The notes beneath the pieces were generated by a model that saw nothing but the letters and a program-made list of their open reading frames with translations, was not told where the DNA came from and did no database searches. A stretch of DNA of 63,734 nucleotides, the filler included, from Octopus bimaculoides (lineage: Eukaryota), in assembly GCF_001194135.2 (NCBI RefSeq). It is 6 parts of 6 records of this genome, joined end to end, with 100 filler letters (N's around TTAATTAATTAA, not from the genome) between each part and the next. Parts side by side here need not be neighbours in the genome. Positions count along the whole stretch, not along the records: positions 1 to 31,080 come from NC_068999.1; 5 more parts are not named here. One strand, 5' to 3'. A program made the position numbers and the translations under genes. Position 1 is the stretch's first letter. Every line of letters begins with the position of its first letter. This document shows positions 1 to 12,869 of the stretch, piece after piece.

Positions 1-283
1 TAAGGATGTTGTAGCTGTAGCTTATAACTGGGACAGCTAAAGTGTTGATACCCATTATCTTGTTTTTAGCATTGAGCTCTGTTTTTAGTATTGATCTTAC
101 TCGTCTATAGTACTCTTTCTTTATTTTTTCTTTCATTTGTGTATGTTGCATCCTATCTAGTTCATTGACTCCTAAATACTTATATGGTTGGATTTCGTCT
201 AGTTCTCTTATTTCATTGGCTTTATCTAGTGTTATATTGCTACTGTTAACTAATTTTCCTCTTTTCAGGGTTGCTTTGGCACA

Positions 284-345
<62 letters not shown>

Positions 346-859
346 GTTATTATTATTATTATTATCATCATCATCATCATTATTATTATCATTACTAAGG
401 CGGTGTGCCAGTAGGATCGCGAGTATGCCGGAAAAAATACTCAACAACATTCGTTCCGGTTTATATTCTGAGTATTTCCTGATAAACAGAAACCAATATT
501 TGATGAGAACCAAAATTCACTGACACTCACCAAATATCTCGAGTGGCAGTTTTCCAGGAGATTGTTTTGGATTTATTCCGTTTTATAATTTACGGAAATC
601 AGATCATAAATGTAGTGAAACAATGTAATAGATAAAGAAATTGAAAAACGGTTCCCTCAAAACATTATCCATAGAGCTTGGGAGCGTATAATACTCCTTT
701 CTCTGTGTTATATGGCAATAAGCACAAAGAGAGAAACAATAAAGTGCTGCTAATGGGGAGAAAACTTGATTTAATGCACATTTATAAGGAAAATGCTTTT
801 AAACATGTTATTATTTGCACCTAGAAGATCACTCATGACATTTCACGAAATCAAAAACT

Positions 860-1355
860 TGCGAGCTATTCCTAACAGCTTCACCTGGAGCTCCCATATA
901 TAAAAGTTTATATGGCTCAGAGATAGATTCCAGAATTCTTTAGACCTTTTTCTGTTCCAGAGGACTAGATGTCATTCTTCCTTTCTCTTCTTTGCACGGT
1001 CTCATCAAGAACACTACTACATTTCATGCTCTCCCTATACAAGGTAAAATATCCAAGGCATCTCAAAAGAAGATGGATTCAGATAATCATGCAGCTATCA
1101 CATATGGAAGTCAAAAGTATCTATCTTCACCTCTCCCGTCATTACATCGTTATTGTTATAAACAGCAATGCGTCACAAATACTTTACCTCAACTGGTCCA
1201 ACTCTCATTAATATTATACCAAAATACGTGAAAATGGAAACAGATCCCATAAGATTCCAAAGTTCTCAGGACAAATTTCTCCAAAGTATCCCTGACCAAC
1301 CTCCTACACACGGATATATCTCCAACAATTATAACTCTTTGTTTGAGTGAGCTAT
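860..1355 (+). mobile_element. Degraded 3' end of an APE-type LINE ORF2 (CR1/L2/Crack-like group; clade not resolved)
   Basis: Frameshifted translation gives FTWSSHI...FARSHQEHYYISCSPY...NIQGI (resembling RT-thumb LTWSSHI...FVRPHLEYC..WSP) and ends GPTLINIIPKYVK...FQSSQDKFLQSIPDQPPTHGYISNNYNSLFE*, like the LDKFL..IPDQP C-terminus of invertebrate LINEs. Confidence 0.7.
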
Positions 1356-2861
1356 GTTGCCCTATATATGACTAAAAGACTTCACCAGGTCGAAACCTAT
1401 CTAAGCTATTTAAGCTATTGATATTTTTTTTTCATCAGTGCTGATAATGTTTCTTAGCCGAACACTTTGCAGAAATGTTGGCCAATATTTGGTGAGAGGG
1501 CAGGATTTGAATTTATGGTTGAGAGAATCTAGTAAATATAGCAAAGCATTCGATCCAGCATTGTTTCAAATCGGATAAATCACCTATAAACAGACATATC
1601 TAAAGTATGGTTTACTAGTAAGATAGCTAAACGTTTACTCGTAATTGATCAATAAACAAGATATGAAAATCGCTTGCAATTTTCGTATTCACTTAGTAAT
1701 AAGATAATTAGTAGAATTTATATAATTAGACTTTCTTTTACAACCTCAATATTACGACATTGTTCCATGCTAACATTATACATATCAATTTCTATGCTAT
1801 CGTGGACGATATGCATATATTATGGTGCTAGCAATAATAATTATATCGTTAAAATTTAATACGATTACAATTTGCTTCCCGTGTAAATACACAGAAATAA
1901 TTTTATTTGTAAATAATTCAATTGCGGAAACAGGTAAAGTAGGTGACACGTGCAAATTGTATTACACGACTAATATTATGAGGGAAACATCCAAATCTTA
2001 ATTATTTTCTATATTGATATTTAAATTATTTCTTAGTTGCTCACATATATTCATTGGTTGTTTAGAATATTACGAGCGATGCACATCCTGCATTGTTGTG
2101 CCTAATATTTACTGTTGCATCGCATACCTGATTGAGAAGACATATATCATCAAAGAACATGAAACCAGTTCTTTTTTCTTTTTAAATCCTGAAGTCATGT
2201 GCAGTCTAAGCCATACAATCCAATAAGATTTACAGTCAAACGGCTAGTTAAAGTTTGAGGGAAAAAATAGTTTGCTTTTTGCTGCATGTTGAGTCACCGA
2301 TGTACAACCTTCTCACACTGCATTTGGTTAGTTGAAGCCAATTATTGGAAGCCAGCATAACTGTTCACATAGTAATATTCAGACAGTTTATTCAATATCA
2401 TGAAATGTTATCACTCATCTTATTACTGTATTATTTTGTGTGTCAGTTGATTAATTAATTGAGGGAGTGTATAGGCCATGCATTTCTTTAGATTCTTCTA
2501 GAATGGTGTAGAAACTATAATACCTGTGCTATAATACACACTTCTTCAATTGTAGTAAATATTCTAGCTTGAGGTTTGTGTCCGGAAATGACCATCCCGC
2601 ATATACAACAAAATGGTGCAGCATCTACCCACAAAGAAAAATGACGGTGCGATAAAATGTAACATGTTAATAACTCGAATATTCTGGTGGTTTTGTTTTT
2701 ATATTATCAATAACGAACGTGGCTTACACTGAAACACATATGGACGACGAAGTCTATTGAATTAGACCTAAGAATCAGGTCTAAAATATTGTTGAAAACC
2801 TGAAACGAATCAATGTAATAATGAGTTGGGACACAGAATTTTTAATTTATAAAACTAGACC

Positions 2862-3075
2862 TTTTCTACTCATAGCACAAGGCCCGAAATTTTGGGGTAG
2901 TGGGTCAGTCGATTAGATTTACCTCAGTACGCAACTGGTACTTAATTTATCGACCCCGAAAAAAATGAAAAACAAAGTCGATCTCGGCGTAATTTGAACT
3001 CACAACGTAAAGGCAGACGAAATACCGCTAAACATTTCGCCCGGTGTGCTAACGTTTCTGCCAGCTCGCCGCCTT
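2862..3075 (-). mobile_element. tRNA-headed SINE, family A, short-tail variant, near full length
   Basis: Minus strand reads taaggcggcgagctggcagaaacgttagcac...gagttcaaattacgccgagatcgac...ggggtcgataaattaagtaccagtt...cttgtgctatgagtagaaag, with box A/box B-like head; homologous copies recur through the window. Confidence 0.85.
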
Positions 3076-4424
3076 ATTTTATAGAACCATACCATGAATA
3101 CAATAATAACGATTATGACAGGTGTCTCTAGAGAGTGGGAGGTAGTGTGTGAGGGAGGGTGATGAATAAATATATATTATATAAATGTAAACAATAGTAA
3201 ATGTTAGCTGACATTTTTCAAATAAATGAATCTCATATATCATCATAAAACAAACTGTGAAATTGCTTTTATACGATACAGACATATGTACAGGTGAAAA
3301 ACGTTGTTTCAATATCCTAACAAGAAAGATGCATAAAACTTTCGCCAACATTAATCTAGAGCCGTAGTTTTTAGTAATATAAAATATAAACTACATTGAT
3401 TTAACAACCACACAAAGATAATGGTTCCTGACATCAACGTTATCAGTAAAAAAAATGTAAATATCCTCATCAATATTAACATTTGATATTTTTTCTGTAT
3501 TTTGTCTTTTACAATATATTTTGAAAAAGAAGTATATCTTATATGGCTCATATATCATAAAAAACATGACATGTGACTGACGAAAATTACGTTAATGTAT
3601 TACATGATTATATAAAAAAAAAGATATTTAAATATATCAGCAAGTCGACTTCATGAGCGACTTAATTGAGGCCGTGGATGCTAAGAAAGAAATGCAAAAG
3701 AGATATTAGAAAACTGCAATTTGTTTTTTAAGAACCAGATTTCGGGCACGGAAAAATTAAAAGAAATAAAAATAGTAAGATCTTACAAAGATTTGATATC
3801 GAAACGTATAATATCTTATTAGATAATTAATTGAACTAATAAAATCATTAGCTGTTTGTAGTTTATTGTAGAATCACAGTCAGATATTTATAATTACGCT
3901 AAATATAATTGGTAAAATAATAATTAATCATCCGCGTGTTTCGTTTGAACAATTTTCGGATTATGAAATACAACATGGTGTTGTAAGCTTATGCGGTGCA
4001 AACTAATGTGCATTTCTATTGGGTGGCAAAGAGTTTTAAGTGGCTTATGATATCTACTAAATACCACCATAAAATTGTGTTATGGGAATGCATTACAATT
4101 GACTAATTGAAAATATAATTTTCAAATCTACACTCCAGCGAGTTTAGACTTGTATTTCGTTATCAAGAGTCGATTAAATAACCACTACTTACTCATCGTT
4201 CATGCAAATCGATGACATTTCTCTGCAAACATTCGTGTTTTTATTTTTTCAACTGTAAAAACTTTTCGTTAAATCCTAGTATTCGGACATGTTGCACAAA
4301 TGACTAGTTTTGTTGATGAGTTCTGATATTTATACTTAATATTTGTGATGTGCGCGTCCTATATTTCATCGAACAGTAGACCGTTACCAATATAATACCT
4401 AATAAATTATTTGTGTTATATGAA

Positions 4425-4610
4425 GGTGCATGATCTAGTGGTTAGTTTGTTGGTCTCAGGATTTCAAGACCGCAATTCGATTCCCAGAGTGACTGTGAAA
4501 AACACCACTTCATTTCACGTTCCTTTAGTGAAAAACAACTGTAAAATGGCAGTCCGTTCGCAGGGAGCGTTGGTCAACCTGCCTGCCTAGTTAGAGGGGT
4601 GACATTTACC
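4425..4610 (+). mobile_element. Degraded tRNA-headed SINE, family C-like
   Basis: Head gaaggtgcatgatctagtggttag...aattcgattccc resembles the heads at 6760-7078 and 36880-36985. Confidence 0.5.
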
Positions 4611-6759
4611 GTACGTCTGATATTTCACCATCATCCATAAGAGTGACCGTAGCTCGATTCACTAACAGTTTAGAAAGACATATGTTAGGATTCCTGCACT
4701 TATGTAGATGAGAATTCTAATATTACCCAAAAGTTCGATGCAACCAAATTCAGCTTTACGCTTGAAAGTTTCGAGGCGAAATTATAGATAACGGCTGAAT
4801 CGAGTAAATAGCATTCAAAGATTCAAGCTATTCCCATAATTCTTTTTATACATGAAGAGATATTGCTGAAAAATTCGAGACTGAGTATTCGCTCAGTCGT
4901 CGGTGTTTGACATAACGGCTCTTTTGAGATTTAGAAAATGATGTGGAGTCTCAATGAAAGGTAATAAACACAAACTTTTTTAGATTAACTAACCCTATCA
5001 CTTATTAGATTTCCCACCGGATCTAGATATTATGGTGTATGAATTAATCGCTTCCGAACTCTAAACTTAATACAAATAACTTTTTTGTGAGTTAGAAAAG
5101 TAGTAGAGCATGACTTGAGTTGAATTTACCTACCATTTCTAAGTTTGGTTATACATATAAGGATTTCGATGGCTTGTATTAGTGATTCATTCCACAGAGT
5201 GTATGGATATAGAGGGTTTAGAGAATGTATGAGAAAAAGGTAAAATTAATTGCATTTCTATTAACAACATTAGGCATATTTATTAGCGAGGGATTGTAGC
5301 CGACAAATCTCATACCGTATTTCTTAACTCTTCAATATGAAATATTATAAGGTGAGTAAACAAAGCTAAGTATACGAATTTAGTAATAAATGCGAACGAA
5401 ACTTTTAGAGTTTACTGCATGTTTTTTTAAAATGGTTCGGCCATTTTTAAAATTCACATCGCGTTTCCAACTCCAATGATATTTTTAAACACTGACCAAA
5501 ATGTAAAACATATACTAAACAAAAACAAAAGCAGAAAAAGTAGAAGCTTATTCAAAGAGAAATCGAAACGGCATGAGAGAAATACATGACTTCCCTCTGC
5601 AGACAAGTTCTAGATTTTAGTCAATATTATATCGATTAAAATCTAGTTTGTTTGTGGACAAGATTGACAATGCCTTTGAACGATCGGATTTTAATAACGG
5701 GCTGACAATGTTGCTTTGAGACAATTTCCGTTATTATTAATGCTATTATTATTATTATTAGTAGTAGTAGTATTATTAGTATTATTATTTTCTATGATTT
5801 TATCGTTCAATAGCTGACAGAATTTAATATGTAACCTCTTAAAGAGCAGCTATGAATATGAGATTGTTTAGCAATGTCTCTTGATAATTGTTGAAATATA
5901 AAGCAAATATTTTGATAACGAAAGATCAATAAAACTAAATCACTTCTTTATCTTAATAACTAGAATGGAGAAAGTGATTTGACTCTCTAGTGAAACTAAA
6001 ACTATAAAAGATTATATTTCCCATAGTCAAATAAAAATGCGAAATTCTTCATCTAGAAGGTTAAATATTTGGAATTATATAGAATATAGTCATATCGTTG
6101 GATATTGATTGTCTAGATAGGAAGGAGGCTATTATTTACAAATAGATGAGTGACTGTTTATTTAGTTCCATATCAACCCTGTACTAGATTGGGATTCGAA
6201 AGAGTTTCGGTTGATATTTCTAGGAGGCTGAATGATAATGTTAAGGATCCCACACTTCGTTTGTGAATCATGGTTCCACTTGACAATGTAGGCCATTGAT
6301 TGAAGGAAGGCGCCGTTTGGGAAGAACACAATCGTTTCAGTCAATCATTTTCATATGTTACTGTTGTTGTTCTTGCTTAAGCCCTTTTACAAACCCGATC
6401 TGACTGAACTCATTCATGATCATAGACCTTTCAAATGTGGCAATCCTGTCTGTTTGTACATCAAAGTCTGTATTGCTGAATGTGTCATTCATCTATATAG
6501 AATGATATGAGAAAGATTTGTGTACTATTTCTGACAAATGAAATGACCACTTACAGGACATCTTACTTTTGATCCAAGAATATGAGTAAAATAGAATATT
6601 TAAAGTATATTCTGATATCTTCCAATTATATAGGATGCTTAATCAGAATCAAGCAAAGAAGTGTGAGCTGATCCAAATTTGAACGCAGAACCTCATTTGC
6701 ATACATAATTATTTACGCACGCACCTTCTATGTGATCACTTGACATTATATATATATTG

Positions 6760-7078
6760 GTACTCCGTCGATAACAACGATGTGTGTCCCAGTTGATCCA
6801 ATCAACGGAAGGTGTTGCTCGCGAGATTAACGTGCAAATGGCTGAACTTTCCAGAATCAACCGTACATTTTAAGTAGTTCTCAGGAGCATTCAGCCTGAG
6901 ACAGAATGTGACAAGGCTGACCCTTTGAAATACAGTTACTACCCATTTTTGCCAAATGAGTGGACTGGAGCAATGTGAAATGAAGTATCTTCTTCAAGGA
7001 CAAAACGCGCAACCTGGAATCAAAAACATGACATTAAGACTATAAGCCGAATACCTTAACCATTAAGCCACACTCCTT
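6760..7078 (-). mobile_element. tRNA-headed SINE, family C (V/Meta-SINE-like central domain)
   Basis: Minus strand: gagtgtggcttaatggttaagg (box A)...ttgattcc (box B)...ttttgtccttgaagaagatacttcatttcacattgctccagtccactc...cgacggagtacc; the tgtccttga..aaga.act segment resembles the V-domain motif. Confidence 0.7.
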
Positions 7079-7466
7079 GACTCAGTCGACATAGCAGTGA
7101 AATAAATGAAGTCTTCTCCAGCTGATTACGTTATGGGTTAATGAATGGAGTATGCATTTGCCAGCGCAATTTTTGTGTGCATCACAATGAGAATGGTCAA
7201 GGAAATGATTTGAATCCTTGCTAATGGCTTCGCTCGCTCGGCAAGAACATTTGTAAAAGGAGAATATTTAAGGATGATTTCGTTTTTCCTTAAAAATAGC
7301 GATGTATGTTTATTGATATACACATAGAAGAACGAAAATGAAGTCAAATTACAACTCTAGATGTGGAAAGATGAAACGTACTGTCGTTTCAGGATGCTGC
7401 TTTAACATTCAAATTCAGAATTGTTTAAAACGATATTAATTACAGATTTCGAGATTCATTAAAAAT

Positions 7467-7509
<43 letters not shown>

Positions 7510-7847
7510 GGGAGAAAAAACGAAAAATGTAAGAAGCGAAGAGCGGTTATTAGTAAGCGAACAATGTATAACATCCTGAACGGAGCAGAGTAAATCTATG
7601 ATATATAACTAGTCGACGATGGGATTGGGTGGGGGGCGTGAGACCAAAATGACTACAGAAGTTTAGAAGTAAGACGAGAGCGAGAAATTGCTAAAAACCG
7701 TATAGTAATTAGTATGGCGCTAGCATAATAAAAAAATGTAGAGAACGAAATTATGAAGGTGCATTTGAATAAAACTACGTGCAGCTTAGTTTAATGAACG
7801 GTGTGTCTGGATAATTAAATTTGATTTGTTTGGGCATTTGCCAAGAA

Positions 7848-7897
7848 TCATTCAACTGGTGAAGTATTTGTGGCAATATCAAAGAGACGATCTATGG
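7848..7897 (-). CDS. Candidate terminal coding exon (exon 3) of an 82-aa single-hydrophobic-segment protein
   Basis: Strong acceptor tcttttttttattttag|cc; the phase-1 reading (A)IDRLFDIATNTSPVE* is the longest and matches the exon-2 donor phase; ATTAAA on the minus strand at 7795-7790. Confidence 0.45.
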
Positions 7898-9675
7898 CTA
7901 AAATAAAAAAAAGACAAATAATAAGTTTAAAAGCAAATAAATCAAATCAAGAAAATAATCAAGTGAAATTAAACAAAACTAACCAAATGAAAACAAATAT
8001 TAAAAGAATAAAAACCAAATATACATAGAAAATAGTAACTCGAAAACCATAATAATAAAAAATCGAACAAATTTCTTTGTTAGAAAAATCGTTTGTGTGA
8101 TCTTTGAACAATGGCAAAGTTGAGCAAAAATAATTCATCTATTTAAACTGTATGAATATTGCTTAAATAAATGATTATGTTTACTAGAGAGAAAAAAAGC
8201 AGCACTTGGAACATTAATTATTGCTCATTATCATAAGAGGTCGATAAGACAGTGGAATGGTAAAAACAATACAATGCCGGACTAAAAACTTGACGCATTT
8301 AACGATGGTTAATAATATCGCTTTATTCTTGAAATGAAATCCTAACATAAACGAGTCTGTACCTTTTAGTATTCGAGCCAAGAAAATACAGATGCGAGAA
8401 GCAGAATATACATCAGTTGTTGATTTCTAAAAACTTCACTTCAGTCCTAAATATATCGGAATAATTACCAGATTTCCTGTTATAACCAGTCACGCATATG
8501 TAGGACTACTTCATCCAGTATATATCAGCTAATTTTTTTTTATGTATTTCATATAGAGTGAAAAATGATATTTAATTAAATATCATGTAATTAATTGAAA
8601 ATTATGAACAATTTGAAATATAATACATAAGTACTGATTAATTTAAAGTTATGTATTATGTATGCCAGCGTATTTACTATTGCAGAATTCAGAGGAAAAA
8701 GCTCATGGGAAGACTACTGTATCATGGTTCGAATCCTAGGGTATAACCTCCTCATGACATTTCTCCAAGCATAAACATAGGGCGAAGTGAACTCTGAATG
8801 AAACTTTTTGTTTTTTGCTAACGCTTAATAATACATTTAAAACAATTTTCCTTTTTTACATTTTGTCTCAGCAAATCCCTGGACGAAATATATGAGTCTT
8901 AACGCAGCAAACAAAATTGTTAAAAGTTATAAACATTAATAAATGATATTGTCTTTTTTGTTTTTTATTTGAAGAATTTTGTATTTTATTTCTTGTAAAC
9001 TGATAATATGGCAACTAAACGTGAGAACATTAGCGGGACTTTACGTGTCCCAACAGCATAACATGTTTACAATTCTCTTGCAAGTTATGCAAACACCTTG
9101 TGGGGAGAGAATAATGCTCACATGTTATAGATATCTTCCTCTAAATTGTGTATTGTCATTTTCGCCATTATACTGACAGCGTACGTGTGTTGCAATTTAC
9201 AAAGAAAAAACGAAACAAAGTTTTCTGTTAGGTACATTCAAAAATTTTGAAAAAAACTGAGTTGAAACACTTCTCCAGTGAAGAAAAAAATGTAATTTCT
9301 CTCGTTAAGTGTTAATGCTTAGGCCGAATCTCCCTAGAGATACGTTTTCCTATTTTTCATTCTTGGAAAGTGTTAAAGAGGTAGAATCTTTTTAGAGATA
9401 TGGAAAGCAGCGAATGATTTAAGGCTTGCTGAAGTAAGTTACAATTTTACGCATAGATGAATAACAAATGCACATCGCGCGCGCACACACACGTATATAC
9501 ATCAGAGGATTTAGGTTTAATAACAACATTCTCAGACCCTTTAACAAAAATTTCTGAGTCATGTCAATATATTTGATATATTTGATATAATACAAAATAT
9601 ATTTCCTTTCATCTCGGAAGCACAACATTGTAAAGAACAGAAATATTTGGTGGGAATCGTATATATATATATATT

Positions 9676-9711
<36 letters not shown>

Positions 9712-10420
9712 NNNNNNNNNNNNNNNNNNNNNNNNNNNNNNNNNNNNNNNNNNNNNNNNNNNNNNNNNNNNNNNNNNNNNNNNNNNNNNNNNNNNNNNNN
9801 NNNNNNNNNNNNNNNNNNNNNNNNNNNNNNNNNNNNNNNNNNNNNNNNNNNNNNNNNNNNNNNNNNNNNNNNNNNNNNNNNNNNNNNNNNNNNNNNNNNN
9901 NNNNNNNNNNNNNNNNNNNNNNNNNNNNNNNNNNNNNNNNNNNNNNNNNNNNNNNNNNNNNNNNNNNNNNNNNNNNNNNNNNNNNNNNNNNNNNNNNNNN
10001 NNNNNNNNNNNNNNNNNNNNNNNNNNNNNNNNNNNNNNNNNNNNNNNNNNNNNNNNNNNNNNNNNNNNNNNNNNNNNNNNNNNNNNNNNNNNNNNNNNNN
10101 NNNNNNNNNNNNNNNNNNNNNNNNNNNNNNNNNNNNNNNNNNNNNNNNNNNNNNNNNNNNNNNNNNNNNNNNNNNNNNNNNNNNNNNNNNNNNNNNNNNN
10201 NNNNNNNNNNNNNNNNNNNNNNNNNNNNNNNNNNNNNNNNNNNNNNNNNNNNNNNNNNNNNNNNNNNNNNNNNNNNNNNNNNNNNNNNNNNNNNNNNNNN
10301 NNNNNNNNNNNNNNNNNNNNNNNNNNNNNNNNNNNNNNNNNNNNNNNNNNNNCATGTGAATCAATTTTTCAACCTTATTTTAAGATTTAGATAGACAAAT
10401 ATATATATATATATATATAT

Positions 10421-10452
<32 letters not shown>

Positions 10453-10477
10453 GTAGGTAGGTAGGTAGGTAGGTAGG

Positions 10478-10528
<51 letters not shown>

Positions 10529-10690
10529 ATAGAAATGCATGTCGTGTGTATTGACTTGATTTTTTTCTTCTTGACACGAGATGAATTATAAGTTTTGTTT
10601 GTCATTCATTAATACGGTCTAATAGCCTACAGTGATTAGGCTTCCGATGCACAAAATCTTCGTCATAACTTCAAATATTTTCCAACTTAC

Positions 10691-10800
10691 CTAATCTGAA
10701 TTGTTCTCCATTGCTGTCTTTCTCAATATCATTCTGATATCCTCCGCGTCCTTCATTCAATTTTCTCTCACATAACAACAGCTTACAAATGATCAGGTGA
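10691..10800 (-). CDS. Candidate internal coding exon (exon 2) of the same protein
   Basis: Acceptor taactaacatctacag|t and donor ttag|gtaagt; 110 nt, phase 2 in and phase 1 out, open reading (N)HLIICKLLLCERKLNEGRGGYQNDIEKDSNGEQFRL. Confidence 0.5.
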
Positions 10801-12031
10801 CTGTAGATGTTAGTTACATTTACGTTTGACTTTAACGCAGTTTTCAGTTTCGCTTTACATTTTATTTAAAATTTATAACATGTTCGTAGATGTTTTCCTT
10901 TCTATAAGTGCTTCAGTACTTCAGTCGAACCCCTAGAATAACCTTGTATTTTCTGTCTCTTTATTTCTCTCTTTCTGAACTCTGACCTTATACACATATA
11001 CATATATACATACATATATAATATCTCTCTCTCTCACTCTCTCTCTCTCTCTCTCTCTCNNNNNNNNNNNNNNNNNNNNNNNNNNNNNNNNNNNNNNNNN
11101 NNNNNNNNNNNNNNNNNNNNNNNNNNNNNNNNNNNNNNNNNNNNNNNNNNNNNNNNNNNNNNNNNNNNNNNNNNNNNNNNNNNNNNNNNNNNNNNNNNNN
11201 NNNNNNNNNNNNNNNNNNNNNNNNNNNNNNNNNNNNNNNNNNNNNNNNNNNNNNNNNNNNNNNNNNNNNNNNNNNNNNNNNNNNNNNNNNNNNNNNNNNN
11301 NNNNNNNNNNNNNNNNNNNNNNNNNNNNNNNNNNNNNNNNNNNNNNNNNNNNNNNNNNNNNNNNNNNNNNNNNNNNNNNNNNNNNNNNNNNNNNNNNNNN
11401 NNNNNNNNNNNNNNNNNNNNNNNNNNNNNNNNNNNNNNNNNNNNNNNNNNNNNNNNNNNNNNNNNNNNNNNNNNNNNNNNNNNNNNNNNNNNNNNNNNNN
11501 NNNNNNNNNNNNNNNNNNNNNNNNNNNNNNNNNNNNNNNNNNNNNNNNNNNNNNNNNNNNNNNNNNNNNNNNNNNNNNNNNNNNNNNNNNNNNNNNNNNN
11601 NNNNNNNNNNNNNNNNNNNNNNNNNNNNNNNNNNNNNNNNNNNNNNNNNNNNNNNNNNNNNNNNNNNNNNNNNNNNNNNNNNNNNNNNNNNNNNNNNNNN
11701 NNNNNNNNNNNNNNNNNNNNNNNNNNNNNNNNNNNNNNNNNNNNNNNNNNNNNNNNNNNNNNNNNNNNNNNNNNNNNNNNNNNNNNNNNNNNNNNNNNNN
11801 NNNNNNNNNNNNNNNNNNNNNNNNNNNNNNNNNNNNNNNNNNNNNNNNNNNNNNNNNNNNNNNNNNNNNNNNNNNNNNNNNNNNNNNNNNNNNNNNNNNN
11901 NNNNNNNNNNNNNNNNNNNNNNNNNNNNNNNNNNNNNNNNNNNNNNNNNNNNNNNNNNNNNNNNNNNNNNNNNNNNNNNNNTATATGTATGTATATATAT
12001 ATGCATATATTTATATATATATATATATCTA

Positions 12032-12215
12032 TTATTTAAAAGCAGCAGAAATATAACAAAAGACTGTTACTCTGAGTTTCACGTTCCCGTTCATCAAAAC
12101 TCAGAGTAACAGTTTTTTGCTATATTTCTGCTGCTTTTAAATAAAGCATATTACTCTACCTCTGGTATTTGAGTACTCTTTTTTCCACCTTGTTGCACAT
12201 TTTATGTGCTTACTC
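12032..12215 (+). mobile_element. Penelope-like element terminal fragment with an inverted 5' duplication
   Basis: 48-bp inverted arms at 12032-12079 and 12097-12144 (2 mismatches, 17-nt loop), then aataaagcatattactctacctctgg...; contains a hammerhead motif of the type known from PLE termini. Confidence 0.6.
12063..12097 (-). ncRNA. Minimal type I hammerhead ribozyme motif, lacking C3 and the 5' arm of stem I
   Basis: Minus strand: (U)UGAUGA-ACG GGAA CGU-GAAA-CUC A GAGU-A-ACAGU. This gives core box 1, stem II with a GNRA loop, core box 2, near-palindromic stem III and a GUA cleavage triplet. Confidence 0.7.
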
Positions 12216-12285
12216 CGGTATATATATATGTATGTAGGTGTGTGTATGTGTGCGTGTATCTGTATGTGTTTGTTTGACTGTGTGC

Positions 12286-12321
<36 letters not shown>

Positions 12322-12780
12322 GAGAAAGAGAGTAAAGTTTCAGCGAAATATATTACCGTAATATATAGACATAACGACCGATTTCTGTTTATCCAAACTT
12401 TCGGAATCTATCAATATAATACTCCAAAGCTTAAGAATACGAACACTTTGTAATAAGACATAGATTTAGTCCAGCTTCTCATCCAGACCAACAGCAGAGT
12501 ACTAATTGAATACTACCTAACTTTCGATAGAATACAGCTGGTTAGACGTTAATTGCTATCCCTTATAGTTGATAGGAAAGGTAGCTGTCTGTTGCTACGT
12601 AACCGGCAATCCTTACAAACTACCTACTCAACTGCATTTATTTGTTGAAGGCATTCCATTTAATTTCATTCATTTTTCTCTCTCTATCTTCAATAAGAGA
12701 ATAAATCTCACAGCATACTAATTATCTTCTGCATAAGTCCGACGGCGTTTTTTGTAGACAAAAAATTGATAATAACTTAC

Positions 12781-12869
12781 TTAAAGAAGAAATATACCAT
12801 CAAAAACACCAATAGAAATATCATTAGAACTATCATCCTGTGTAGACTGTTTTCGATTGTGTTCACCAT
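12781..12869 (-). CDS. Candidate first coding exon of the same protein (hydrophobic TM or signal-anchor segment)
   Basis: ATG at 12869; MVNTIENSLHRMIVLMIFLLVFLMVYFFF followed by AA|gtaagt donor (phase 2), in frame with the exon at 10800-10691. Confidence 0.45.

Noticed and set aside
2128-2244. Minus-strand exon-like segment PFDCKSYWIVWLRLHMTSGFKKKKELVSCSLMIYVFSIR with donor ag|gtatgc
   Set aside because: No partner exon or recognisable homology; such sites occur by chance in AT-rich DNA.
6166-6266. Plus-strand acceptor followed by PYQPCTRLGFERVSVDISRRLNDNVKDPTLRL*
   Set aside because: Protein-like, but no compatible upstream exon was found, and other frames and the opposite strand are similarly open.
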